A stretch of DNA of 64,000 nt from an uncultured Verrucomicrobiota bacterium. Its GTDB lineage: Bacteria > Verrucomicrobiota > Verrucomicrobiia > Limisphaerales > JAEYXS01. The DNA lies in assembly GCA_964589735.1 (NCBI GenBank), contig CAZPUL010000002.1:8176-72175 (forward strand), given 5' to 3'. Below, piece after piece: positions 29,679-38,882 of the stretch. The first letter of the stretch is position 1. Each line of letters opens with the position of its first letter. Both the position numbers and the translations under genes were made by a program. The notes below the pieces were generated by a model that saw only the letters and a list, made by a program, of their open reading frames with translations, was not told where the DNA came from and ran no database searches.

Positions 29679-29797
29679 AGCAGGTCCTGCACTTTGTCGG
29701 AGCGTGGGTGTCTTGCTCGCAGCGTGGTTCGCTTGCCAGTGGATTGGCCGGAGGACTGAACGGGACTGAACTAAGGGAAGTTCTTTGCGGGTTATTA

Positions 29798-29856
29798 TTG
29801 CGAGGCTGGCCTGACTTTGCTTAGGGACGTTGCTGCCGACGAGACGTCGGCGCTCC
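29798..29856. repeat. Dispersed intergenic palindromic repeat (family C), copy 1
   Basis: TTGCGAGGCTGGCCTGACTTTGCTTAGGGACGTTGCTGCCGACGAGACGTCGGCGCTCC; related copies at 46773 and 48056. Confidence 0.75.
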
Positions 29857-30031
29857 ACTCGATAGCAACCGCTTTAAGGTCAAGACCGGCACCTTGCAAT
29901 TTGCCAGCTTTTCGCGAAAAGCCTGATTTTAGAGCCGAAATACCGCTTGCCCGCAACAAGGGAGCGTGGCTGAATCAAGGTGTTGGATAACAAGTGATAT
30001 ACTTGTCAACCCATCCAATATTTCCAGCCTT

Positions 30032-31660
30032 ATGAAAATTCGGTCGTCGTTCATCCGGGGCCTGTGGCTGTTCGCACTGGCGTTATCCTCCTTCTCCACC
30101 TTGCCGGAGGCTCTGGCCCAAGGCACCACCGCCTTCACTTATCAGGGACAGTTGCGTGATGGCGGCACCAACGCCAATGGCAATTACTCGATGGTGTTCA
30201 AATTGCACGATGCCTTGACCAGCGGCAACCAGGTGGGGCCGACGGTGACCTTGGCGAGCCAGTTCATCACGAACGGGCAATTCAACGCCTCATTGGATTT
30301 TGGTGCGGTCTTTGAGGGTTCGGCGCGCTGGCTGGAGATCTCCGTGGAAGGAAATCTGCTGACGCCGCGCACGCCGGTAGCTCCCACGCCGTATTCGTTG
30401 TATTCCGCTAAAGCTGGTAGCGTGTCCAATCCGACATTTCTAGGGACAACGGGAAACACGCCGTTGGAGCTGTACGTGAACAATACGCGGGCCTTGCGGC
30501 TGGAACCGGCAACGGGAAGCCCAAATCTCATCGGTGGCTATTCTGGAAACGTGGTGAGCAATGGTTTCATTGGAGCTGTCATCGCAGGTGGTGGCGCAGC
30601 CACTAATCCTGAGAATGGAGACCCGGTGCAAAACATCATCGGAGCTAACTTCGCTTTCATCGGTAGTGGCGCGCGCAATCTCATCACTGGCGAAGGTGGC
30701 GTGATCGGAGGCGGGTTCTACAACACAGTTACCAATGGCACCGGAGTGATCGCGGGTGGAGATGGAAACCTGGTCGGCGGCAGCCAGGCATTCATCGGTG
30801 CAGGTTCTGAGAATGTGGCCACGGGTCATAATTCCGTAGTGGCTGGTGGTTCAGGCAATCGGGCCACGGGTGGTAACGCGTTTATCGGTGGCGGCCAGGA
30901 CAATGTGGCGGGCACAAGCTCGTTTTCAGTAGTGGCCGGTGGCAAGAGTAACACGGCTAGCGGCAATCAATCCATCGTGGGTGGCGGCGATGGCAATACC
31001 GCCAGTGGTGATTACTCTGTGGTGATCGGCGGACTCAATAACACCGCGAGCGCCAATTTCTGTTTCGCTGGCGGCACGAGCGCTAATGCCACCCATCAAG
31101 GCAGCTTTGTCTGGTCTTCGGACGGCTCCAGCTCATTCAGTTCGGCTGCTATCGGCGAGTTTGCCGTGCGCGCTGCTGGTGGCTTCCGGTTCGTTTGCGG
31201 ACCTAACTCCATCGCCATGCTGAATAACACCGTTACCATAGGCAACGGTGACTTTCGCGTTCCCGCCGGCGGTGCTTCATTCCGTGACCCGATCACTGCC
31301 GCAGCCTTCAACACGACCAGCGACCGCAATGCGAAGCAGGATTTCGCCGAGGTGAACGGGCGCGAGGTGCTGGCCAAGGTCCTGGCCTTGCCGATCCAGA
31401 CCTGGGCTTTCAAGCAGGACACGGCCATTCGTCATATCGGACCGATGGCGCAAGATTTCCGTTCGGCTTTCGGCCTCGGAGTTGATGAAAAACACATCGC
31501 CACGGTGGATGCCGACGGGGTGGCGCTGGCGGCGATACAGGGGTTGAACGAAGTGGTGAAGGAGAAGGATGCAGAGATCGCGTCGCTCAAGCAGCGGCTG
31601 GAGAGCCTGGAGAAAGCGGTATCAACGCTGGTGCAAACAAAGAACGGAGGCGCCCGATGA
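30032..31660 (+). CDS. Fibre-like secreted protein: YadA-head-like repeats plus C-terminal peptidase S74 (intramolecular chaperone)-like domain and coiled coil
   Basis: GGSGNRATGGNAFIGGGQDNVAG..., GGKSNTASGNQSIVGGGDGNTASGDYSVVIGGLNNTAS; TSDRNAKQDF...IGPMAQDFRSAFGLG; terminal IASLKQRLESLEKAVSTL. Confidence 0.75.
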   Translation: MKIRSSFIRGLWLFALALSSFSTLPEALAQGTTAFTYQGQLRDGGTNANGNYSMVFKLHDALTSGNQVGPTVTLASQFITNGQFNASLDFGAVFEGSARWLEISVEGNLLTPRTPVAPTPYSLYSAKAGSVSNPTFLGTTGNTPLELYVNNTRALRLEPATGSPNLIGGYSGNVVSNGFIGAVIAGGGAATNPENGDPVQNIIGANFAFIGSGARNLITGEGGVIGGGFYNTVTNGTGVIAGGDGNLVGGSQAFIGAGSENVATGHNSVVAGGSGNRATGGNAFIGGGQDNVAGTSSFSVVAGGKSNTASGNQSIVGGGDGNTASGDYSVVIGGLNNTASANFCFAGGTSANATHQGSFVWSSDGSSSFSSAAIGEFAVRAAGGFRFVCGPNSIAMLNNTVTIGNGDFRVPAGGASFRDPITAAAFNTTSDRNAKQDFAEVNGREVLAKVLALPIQTWAFKQDTAIRHIGPMAQDFRSAFGLGVDEKHIATVDADGVALAAIQGLNEVVKEKDAEIASLKQRLESLEKAVSTLVQTKNGGAR

Positions 31661-32094
31661 AACGCATTCTCTTGTTCGCGGGCTTGATGTTGTGCGCGCT
31701 GAGTGCGCAGGCGCAGAGCGGCGGGCGTTTCACCATGGTGCGGAGTGTGATCGCCGGCGGGGCCATCACCGGCAGCACGGGTGGCACGTACAGCCTGAAC
31801 GGCACGGTGGGACAACCGGGGGCGGCGGTGCTGACGGAGACGCGGTTCGTGGTGAGCGTGGGGTACTGGATCACGCCGCCGTTGCTGGTGTTCGCGCCGA
31901 AGAAGGTGGGCAATGATTTCAGCATCTCGTTCGAGACGGAGCCGGGGCAGAGCTACATCGTGGAATACACGGACTCGCTGACGGAGCCGAACTGGCAGGT
32001 GCTGCCGACGCAGACCGGTGACGGCACGGTGAAGTCGGTGACGGATTCTGCGCCGGGGGTGCCGAACCGATATTACCGGGTGAGGCAGCCGTAG
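31657..32094 (+). CDS. Small secreted protein, start overlaps upstream stop
   Basis: ATGA overlap with preceding CDS; signal peptide; C-terminal ISFETEPGQSYIVEYTDSLTEPNWQVLPTQTGDGTVKSVTD...NRYYRVR. Confidence 0.7.
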   Translation: MKRILLFAGLMLCALSAQAQSGGRFTMVRSVIAGGAITGSTGGTYSLNGTVGQPGAAVLTETRFVVSVGYWITPPLLVFAPKKVGNDFSISFETEPGQSYIVEYTDSLTEPNWQVLPTQTGDGTVKSVTDSAPGVPNRYYRVRQP

Positions 32095-32106
32095 GCAGGG
32101 AGGTTA

Positions 32107-32282
32107 GAGCGGTTTAAAAAATACTGTGGCCGATTGTCTGGGGAGCGGAGCGAGCGGTCTTTTTGGGTCAGGGCGTCGTTTCGGCTCAGTCACAGGGTCG
32201 TTTGGAACCTGCTCCTTCGCCAAAGCCTCGCCCTGACCCAAAAATCCTCGCCCCAATCGGCCACAGTATTTTTAAAACGCTC
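32107..32282. repeat. MITE-like / structured element A, TA-bounded
   Basis: ~30-bp near-perfect terminal arms (GAGCGgTTTAAAAAATACTGTGGCCGATTG ... CAATCGGCCACAGTATTTTTAAAACGCTC), 16-bp inner stem (TTTTTGGGTCAGGGCG/CGCCCTGACCCAAAAA), conserved 53-nt core; TA on both sides; homologous to 48082-48258. Confidence 0.85.
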
Positions 32283-32355
32283 TAAATCGTTAAAAGGTGA
32301 AGCGTTGAAACGAGTTTCGTTTCAACGCTTCTCGCTTTCAGATATTTACGGCAAC

Positions 32356-33426
32356 TCACTTCGCCTTGGTCTGGAAGGTCTGTTTGTGGCTGCTGGCGGG
32401 GATGCTGATGGTGTAGCTCTTGCCATCGGGAGCCACGGACATCTTGAGGTAGTTCGCCTCGCACTTCTCGTCGTGGTTGGCGATGTGCTCCTTCACTGTG
32501 TTGTTCACGTTGCCATCGGGGCGAAGATTCTGGTGCACCTGGTACATCGCCTTGATGGAAGGCGTGGACTTCAGCGTGCCGAAGGTCTGCGGGCCGCAGC
32601 CCTTGGTGGTGCCGTTGTTCATCACGGAGACGGTGGGTGACAGGCTTTTGATAAGGAGCGGGTTGTTGCTCACGTCGAGGCCGTGATGGTTCACCTGATA
32701 GACGTCCACGGTGCCGGCGAGGTTGATGGGGCAGACGAGTTCGCCTTCCACATTCCACGAGAGGTCGCCGCCATTGAAGAAGCGGAACGAGCCGAACTCG
32801 ATGAGTGTCACCACACTGTTCGCGTTGTCGCTCTTGTCTTTTTCCTTGAGCGTGATGCCTTCGCACTGGGCATTGGCACCGGCGGGTTTCTTGCTGGTGA
32901 AGACTTGATGGGCTGCGAGGCATTTCACGTTCAGATTCGCCACGGAAGCATCGGCACTGGCTTTGAAGGGGATGGTGTCATCCGGGCGGATGACTTTGCG
33001 TTCTGCTTTGATGTCCTTGTAGGGCTTGATCATCAGGGGGAAACGGGTGTCGCGCGGGTTGTTGTCCGGATTGGTCTCGGGCACGCCTTTATCCCAGATG
33101 GTGCCGATGGGGATCTGTTGCGCGACCTCGGCCGCACCGCCGAAGTGGTCGATGTGGAAATGGGTGGTGAGGAGGTTGTCGATGCGTTGCAAACCGGCGA
33201 CTTCCTTGGCGACTTTCACGATGCGCGCGGAGTCGCGGCCACCGGGATTGCCGCTGTCGATGAGCAAGGACTCACCGGCGGGCGTGACGATGAGGGTGGA
33301 ACCGCCGCCTTCGGAATCGATCCAATAGACATCGAGCGTCTTGTCCGCGAGACCGGCGTAAGTGGTGCAAACAGCGGATGCAGACAGGAGCAGGGAAAGC
33401 GTGAGCGATTTCGTGTGATGGTGCAT
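32356..33426 (-). CDS. Metallo-beta-lactamase fold hydrolase, secreted
   Basis: [13 protein letters not shown] (HxHxDH), [15 protein letters not shown]; signal peptide. Confidence 0.85.
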   Translation of the reverse strand: MHHHTKSLTLSLLLSASAVCTTYAGLADKTLDVYWIDSEGGGSTLIVTPAGESLLIDSGNPGGRDSARIVKVAKEVAGLQRIDNLLTTHFHIDHFGGAAEVAQQIPIGTIWDKGVPETNPDNNPRDTRFPLMIKPYKDIKAERKVIRPDDTIPFKASADASVANLNVKCLAAHQVFTSKKPAGANAQCEGITLKEKDKSDNANSVVTLIEFGSFRFFNGGDLSWNVEGELVCPINLAGTVDVYQVNHHGLDVSNNPLLIKSLSPTVSVMNNGTTKGCGPQTFGTLKSTPSIKAMYQVHQNLRPDGNVNNTVKEHIANHDEKCEANYLKMSVAPDGKSYTISIPASSHKQTFQTKAK

Positions 33427-33460
33427 GAGAGGATTAAAGCGGGGCTGGGGAAGGGTTTCA

Positions 33461-33490
33461 ACCACAGAGAGCACGGAGGGCACAGAGAGG
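33461..33490. repeat. CACGGAG-type ~8-nt phased intergenic repeat
   Basis: ACCACAGAGAGCACGGAGGGCACAGAGAGG. Confidence 0.6.
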
Positions 33491-33636
33491 GAATGGAGGG
33501 GGATGGTGGGGAGCATTTAAAAAATTGTAACGCAAGGCACGCTCACTCCTCACCCCGGCCCTCTCCTCATTAGAGGAGAGGGAGAACATTTGGCTTCACA
33601 AGTGCAGTTCGCGGATTCGGGTTGGCGGGTGTTTTG

Positions 33637-34848
33637 TTACGCTTTCAGCTTGAGCGGATGCGCGCGGTCTTTTAGGGGGAGGCTTATGCGGCGTTGGGCG
33701 AGGGCGGCCTGGTAAACGGCCATGACCATTTCCACGGCTTTCATGCCGTCGTAGCCGCTGCACGCGGGTTCGCTGCCATTGCGGGCGGCAGTGATGAGGC
33801 TGTCGAGCAACTGGCGATTGCCCGCAGTGGTGTTGCGCTGGCTATCGGGCACGCTGGTGGTGGGATCGCCGGGCACGGGTTCCCACGCTTCCGTCTGGCC
33901 TTTATCGGTCCAAGTGCCGGGTTTGCGGAGGAAGATGCGCGGCGGGATGTTCGCCTGGATCTTCACCACGCCTTTGCTGCCGATGAGTTCGAGGCCCCAA
34001 TTGCCGGCGACGGTGGAATAAGCCTGGCGGGAGATGAAGGTGGCGTTCACGCCTTTCGCGAAACCGAACTGCGCGTAGATGTCTTCGCCCGCGACCAAGC
34101 CGATGCCTTCGGTGGCTTTGCGGCCATCGTTCGCCGTGATGTCGCGGCCTTGGGTGAGGACGCGGGCGGTGCACCACTGGGCATCGCCGGCGAAGAGGCG
34201 CATGAGGTCGAAGAGATGAACGCCGAGCACGAGCATGTCCTCACCACCGGCGCGCTTGTCCTGCTTGCCGTTCGCGCGGATCTCGATGAGGTCGCCGATG
34301 AGACCTTTCTCCAGTTGCGCTTTCAGGAAGACGATGTTATGCGCCACATGCATCTGGTGGGCGACGGCGATCTTGCTGCCGGATTTCTTCGCGGCGGCCA
34401 GAATGGCATCGGCTTCTGCGAGGTCTGTGGTGAAAGGTTTCTCGGAATAGATGTGCGCGCCGACGCTGATGGCGGCGAGGGCCATGGCCTTATGTTCCAA
34501 GGTCCAGCGGGTGGCGATGCTGACGAGGTCGGGCTGTTCCACGGCGAGCATCTCGTGGTAGCTGGCGTAGGCCTTGGGGGCTTTGAGTTTGGCCTGAGTT
34601 TTGGCGAGGCCGTCGGCATCGGCATCCGCGACGGCGACGAGTTCCACCTCGGGGTGATTGGTCATCACCACGTCCATGCCGTGGCCGTAATTGCCTTGGC
34701 CGGTGTGACCTATGACCACGGCACGGAGCTTGCCGGTGGCGCGTTTGGTAAGGAGCGGGGCGGCGGTCTGGCAACCGGTGAGCAGGGCAGTGCCCGCGGT
34801 GGCAAGGGCGGCTTGGGCGAGGAACTGGCGGCGGGAAAGGGGGTTCAT
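33637..34848 (-). CDS. Gfo/Idh/MocA family oxidoreductase with export signal
   Basis: MNPLSRRQFLAQAALATAG; RAVVIGHTGQGNYGHG, EKPFTTDLAEADAI. Confidence 0.88.
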   Translation of the reverse strand: MNPLSRRQFLAQAALATAGTALLTGCQTAAPLLTKRATGKLRAVVIGHTGQGNYGHGMDVVMTNHPEVELVAVADADADGLAKTQAKLKAPKAYASYHEMLAVEQPDLVSIATRWTLEHKAMALAAISVGAHIYSEKPFTTDLAEADAILAAAKKSGSKIAVAHQMHVAHNIVFLKAQLEKGLIGDLIEIRANGKQDKRAGGEDMLVLGVHLFDLMRLFAGDAQWCTARVLTQGRDITANDGRKATEGIGLVAGEDIYAQFGFAKGVNATFISRQAYSTVAGNWGLELIGSKGVVKIQANIPPRIFLRKPGTWTDKGQTEAWEPVPGDPTTSVPDSQRNTTAGNRQLLDSLITAARNGSEPACSGYDGMKAVEMVMAVYQAALAQRRISLPLKDRAHPLKLKA

Positions 34849-34943
34849 GGGCGTAAAATTCACGGTATTCAAGTGCTGGAAATTCCTGCAAATATGCCTT
34901 GCCAAACGGGGTGTCGCCAAGTTGAATTGCGGCCCTTCGCTGT

Positions 34944-35019
<76 letters not shown>

Positions 35020-35344
35020 CTTTCCTTTCGGAACTTAAATACACAAACAGCAGCCAGCCACATCTGTCTGCGTTGACAGCTTGCGCGGGCACGCTAGCGT
35101 TCAAGCGTCGGGGGCGGAAACTATCACCGGCTAGCTAGCGAATGAGCGAAAAGGCTCTGAAATGCCGGCGGAGCTGCTCAGCAGCCCAAACCCGACACTC
35201 TCTTTTTGGGAAGTTGCGAGCGTATGCCTCCTCTCCCTAGCCCTCTCCTCCGACGCCGGAGGAGAGGGAAATGGGCGCTTGAATGCTTTGGGCTGAAGGT
35301 CAGCCGTTTGCTCAAGCGAAGAATGACCTTACTAATGGCTTTTT

Positions 35345-35896
35345 GTGGCTGTGACGCGTTCACCCAAATCAAATGTAGAAGTGATGATCCTTGCTGGTGG
35401 CCTGAGCACGCGCATGGGGACAGACAAGGCGCGGGTGCGGCTGGGGCGACGGACGTTGCTGGGGCATGTGAAGCTGGCGGCGGAAGCGACGGGTTGGCGA
35501 GTGCGGGTGGTGCGGGAGGATTTGGTTGAGCGGTGCGGGCCGTTGGGCGGAGTGTTAACGGGAATGCTAACAAGTCGCGCGGAGGCGGTGGTGTTTCTTT
35601 CGTGTGATATGCCGTTCGTCGCGGCGAGGTGGTTGAAGAAGCTGGTGAAGGAGCTGCGTCGCAGCGGGGCTCAGGCGGTGTTCACGCAGCAGGGGAGGTT
35701 CGTGGGGTTTCCTTTCGTGCTGTCGAAGGAGTGTCTGGGGGTGGTGGAGGGGCAACGGGTGAGGGGGGAGTTTTCGTTGCAGGGGTTGGCGAAGGTGCTC
35801 AAGGCGGAGCGGGTGGTGGTGGCGGAGAAAGAGGCGTGGCGGTTCATGAATGTGAATACGCCGGAGGCGTTGGAGGAGGCGAGGGGGCGGATGTGA
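35345..35896 (+). CDS. Molybdenum cofactor guanylyltransferase-like (MobA family) nucleotidyltransferase
   Basis: MILAGGLSTRMGTDKARVRLGRRTLLGH, CGPLGGVLTGM, VFLSCDMPFV, FMNVNTPEALEEA. Confidence 0.8.
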   Translation: MAVTRSPKSNVEVMILAGGLSTRMGTDKARVRLGRRTLLGHVKLAAEATGWRVRVVREDLVERCGPLGGVLTGMLTSRAEAVVFLSCDMPFVAARWLKKLVKELRRSGAQAVFTQQGRFVGFPFVLSKECLGVVEGQRVRGEFSLQGLAKVLKAERVVVAEKEAWRFMNVNTPEALEEARGRM

Positions 35897-35897
35897 A

Positions 35898-35922
35898 CCA
35901 CGGAGACACGGAGGACGCGGAG
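35898..35922. repeat. CACGGAG-type phased intergenic repeat immediately after a stop codon
   Basis: CCACGGAGACACGGAGGACGCGGAG, 2 nt after TGA (35894-35896). Confidence 0.7.
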
Positions 35923-35926
35923 TTTT

Positions 35927-35952
35927 GACAGGATGAACAAGATTAACAGGAT
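35927..35952. repeat. GACAGGATGAACAAGATTAACAGGAT intergenic repeat motif
   Basis: GACAGGATGAACAAGATTAACAGGAT; AACAGGAT/GACAGGAT direct sub-repeat; a motif I recognise as widely dispersed in other bacterial genomes. Confidence 0.55.
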
Positions 35953-36059
35953 GCGGGGCGTAATGCGTGATGCAGGGCTGCTGCAATTTGGTTGTGCAGG
36001 TGCTTCGGCGGCGGCCGGCTGAGGACAGCCAGCCCTACCTTGTTGTGTTGCCAGATCTT

Positions 36060-37235
36060 ATGTGGCAGGGTTTGGTCATGCCCATGATTCGTTTCGCTGC
36101 GTTTTTTGGTTTTCTTTTGGTGCTCTCGGCTTCTTTGAACGCGGCGGAGAGCGTGCGGGTGGTGAAGAATCGGCAGGAGTTGTTGGAGGCGGTGCGTTCG
36201 CTTAAGCCGGGGATGACGTTGAAATTGGCGCCGGGGGAGTATGGGTTTGGGTATGCGGTGGAGAAGGCGCGAGGGACGAAGGAGGCGCCGATCGTCATCG
36301 AGGGGGCGAATCCGGCGCAGCCGCCGAAGTTCACGGGTGGGAATCTGGCGATCCATTTTCGCGGGTGCTCGTATCTGACGGTGCGGCATATCGCGGTGTC
36401 GGGACAGAAGGGGAACGGGTTGAACTTCGATGATGGCGGGGAGTCTTCACAGCAGATCACGATCGAGAATGTTTCGGTATCGGACATCGGGCCGACGGGG
36501 AACAATGACGGGATCAAGCTTTCGGGCGTGGATGATTTCACGATCCGGAATTGTCGCATCAACGGTTGGGCGGGGCAGGCGATCGACATGGTGGGGTGTC
36601 ATCGCGGGTTGATCGAGAAGTGTGTGTTCGAGGGGAAGGCGGGTTTTTCGCAGGCGACGGGGCCGCAGACGAAGGGCGGCTCGGAGGATATCACGGTGCG
36701 CGGTTGCACATTCATCAATGCGGGACAGCGGCCGATGCATTTGGGCGGTTCGACGGGGCGGCCTTATTTCCGGCCGAAGGATGCGAAGTATGAAGCGCGG
36801 CGGATCACGGTGGAGGGGAACTTGTTCATCGGCGGGATGGCGCCCATCGTGTTCACGGGCGTGGAGGATGGCGTGGTGCGGTATAACACGATCGTGAATC
36901 CGGAGACGTGGGTGTTCCGCATCTTGCAGGAGAATAACGAGCCGGGGATGGTGCCGTGCTCAAAAGGGGTGTTTGAGAAGAACATCATCGTGTGTGAGAA
37001 GAATCCGGTGCGGGCGTGGATGAACATCGGCGGGAACACGCAGGCGGGCACGTTCAAGTTTGCGGAGAACTGGTGGTATCACAAGGCGTCGTCGCAACCG
37101 GTGAAGCCAGCGTTGCCGTCAGCGGAACAGGGCGGGACGTATGGGGTGGATCCGCAGTTGGAGGCGGGGAATGGGTACAGGCCGAGGGTGGCGGGGGCGA
37201 TGAAGGTGGGTCACACAGCGTGGAAGAAGGATTAA
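36060..37235 (+). CDS. Right-handed parallel beta-helix protein (chondroitinase B / PbH1-like), secreted
   Basis: VVKNRQELLEAVRSLKPGMTLKLAPGEY, APIVIEGANP, LTVRHIAVSG, ITIENVSVSD, ITVEGNLF. Confidence 0.8.
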   Translation: MWQGLVMPMIRFAAFFGFLLVLSASLNAAESVRVVKNRQELLEAVRSLKPGMTLKLAPGEYGFGYAVEKARGTKEAPIVIEGANPAQPPKFTGGNLAIHFRGCSYLTVRHIAVSGQKGNGLNFDDGGESSQQITIENVSVSDIGPTGNNDGIKLSGVDDFTIRNCRINGWAGQAIDMVGCHRGLIEKCVFEGKAGFSQATGPQTKGGSEDITVRGCTFINAGQRPMHLGGSTGRPYFRPKDAKYEARRITVEGNLFIGGMAPIVFTGVEDGVVRYNTIVNPETWVFRILQENNEPGMVPCSKGVFEKNIIVCEKNPVRAWMNIGGNTQAGTFKFAENWWYHKASSQPVKPALPSAEQGGTYGVDPQLEAGNGYRPRVAGAMKVGHTAWKKD

Positions 37236-37260
37236 CCACGGAGGCACGGAGGGCGCGGAG
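37236..37260. repeat. CACGGAG-type phased intergenic repeat immediately after a stop codon
   Basis: CCACGGAGGCACGGAGGGCGCGGAG directly after TAA (37233-37235). Confidence 0.7.
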
Positions 37261-37392
37261 TGGGGTAATATTTAGCCACGGATGGAACACGGATCAAACA
37301 CAGAGGGGGAAACGAGCTCAACAGTTGCATGGCCGAAGATTTCAAACAGCGAGTCATGAGTCGGGAAACATCGAAGCCGGTCACACATCAGG

Positions 37393-38820
37393 TCAGGGTT
37401 TGGGTGGAAGGTCGGCTGGGTCGATGCGGGGCCAAGGGAGATCGAGATTGCCGTTTGGGAAGCGGAGGACACTGAGGATGGAGGGGTCGCCGCCGTTGTC
37501 TTTGCCGTCGAAGCCGGAGGACCAGAGGGTGAAGGTGGCGTCCGGGTTGAGGCGGTAGCGCATGGGGCGGCCATCCATGGGGTCTTGGGGGAGTTTGGTG
37601 AGATAGTCGGGAATGAGTTGGGTCAAGGTGTCGGGGTAGTGATTAAGTTTGAGGCGGTAGCGTTCGAGGGCGAGGACGGTGATGGCTTGCTGGCGGCGGG
37701 TTTCGGCGTAGGCGAGATCATAGGCGGAAGAGTTGTCTAGACGATAGTGAAACAAGTAGGTCACGCCAAAACGCCGCTTGTTCCACCAAAGCTGGTCTGC
37801 TTCAAAAAACTCGTCGCTAGCTTTATCCAGTTGGGAACAAGCGTTGGCCCAAGCAGGTGAGTTCGCTTGCTCACGAAAAACTTCTAGCTGGAACTGCATC
37901 GGCCTAAGACTGCTTAATGCGTCATTATCTATATCAAAGTTACGCCAATAGATGGTGCGCAGCTCTTTGGAGGCTTGAGGTTGGAAGTATCTGTTGAGAA
38001 AAGCCTGAGGATCTTGGCGGATGCTGGAGAACAAAGCCAGTCTTTGAGCGCGTACAATGATCATGGATTGGACATAATTCGTAACCAATGAAATGGCCGA
38101 CAAACTGGCTTGGATTTCTGCGAGTTGTTGCTCTTCCCAGAAATGCAGGTGCAGGCAGTAGTTGAGGTCTTCCAGCAGCAGTTTAGTGATCTCTATGCGA
38201 GTTGATTGACTGGAAGTGTCCCATTCCTCTCGATGGAGTTGGGCGAGGTTCAGCAAGGTGGTGAGATTGGTAAAGGACAGGGACGGATCGCGGGCGTAAG
38301 CGCTGACAATCAACGCGTGGTGAAGGTGACGTGCGATGCCTCTACGCAATTGTGTGTGGGCAACCTTGTAGTTCTCAATATCCCGGTAGTCGCCGCCTTT
38401 TTCCTTGGGCGGGTCTTTGAGAAGTTGGTGGAGGTACAGGAAATCATTCTGCAAGCTGCTGACTTGGGCAATGGCATTGGTCCAGTTGGGCTGGTTGGTG
38501 ATACCAGTGGGGTCCTCCCATTGGAGGTGTTGGTAGCCTCGTTCGGTGTGTTCGAATTTAAACCAGCCGATCTGAAGGGGGAGGCCGTTGGTAATCTTTT
38601 GCTGCGCGGCCAGCAGAGGGGCGTCGCCATCGGGTTCGTGGCCGGTGCGCTTGGGGGCGATCTTATCGAGGTCGAGGATTTCGCCTTGGGCGATGAGTTG
38701 GGCTTTGTAGCGGTCGAGTTTGGAGGGAGCGAAGTAAGCCCAGCAGAAGAGGGCGAGCAGGATAATGGTAGAAAGCAGGATGAGCCGGCGGCGCTTTTGC
38801 TTTGGGGCGACGGGGCTCAT
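37393..38820 (-). CDS. Membrane-anchored protein of unknown function
   Basis: N-terminal TM LILLSTIILLALFCWAYFA; C-terminal LALERYRLKLNHYPDTLTQLIPDYLTKLPQDPMDGRPMRYRL...WSSGFDGKDNGGD, common in Verrucomicrobia. Confidence 0.7.
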   Translation of the reverse strand: MSPVAPKQKRRRLILLSTIILLALFCWAYFAPSKLDRYKAQLIAQGEILDLDKIAPKRTGHEPDGDAPLLAAQQKITNGLPLQIGWFKFEHTERGYQHLQWEDPTGITNQPNWTNAIAQVSSLQNDFLYLHQLLKDPPKEKGGDYRDIENYKVAHTQLRRGIARHLHHALIVSAYARDPSLSFTNLTTLLNLAQLHREEWDTSSQSTRIEITKLLLEDLNYCLHLHFWEEQQLAEIQASLSAISLVTNYVQSMIIVRAQRLALFSSIRQDPQAFLNRYFQPQASKELRTIYWRNFDIDNDALSSLRPMQFQLEVFREQANSPAWANACSQLDKASDEFFEADQLWWNKRRFGVTYLFHYRLDNSSAYDLAYAETRRQQAITVLALERYRLKLNHYPDTLTQLIPDYLTKLPQDPMDGRPMRYRLNPDATFTLWSSGFDGKDNGGDPSILSVLRFPNGNLDLPWPRIDPADLPPKP

Positions 38821-38882
38821 TGTGTTGAGGGAATGTAGAGGGGAAATGATGAAGGACCAACACTTAATGATGACTTAAGGGC

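Noticed and set aside
30571-31100. Gly/Asn-rich repeats as collagen-like
   Set aside because: Period and GGxxNxAxG pattern fit YadA-head-like repeats, not GXY collagen triplets.
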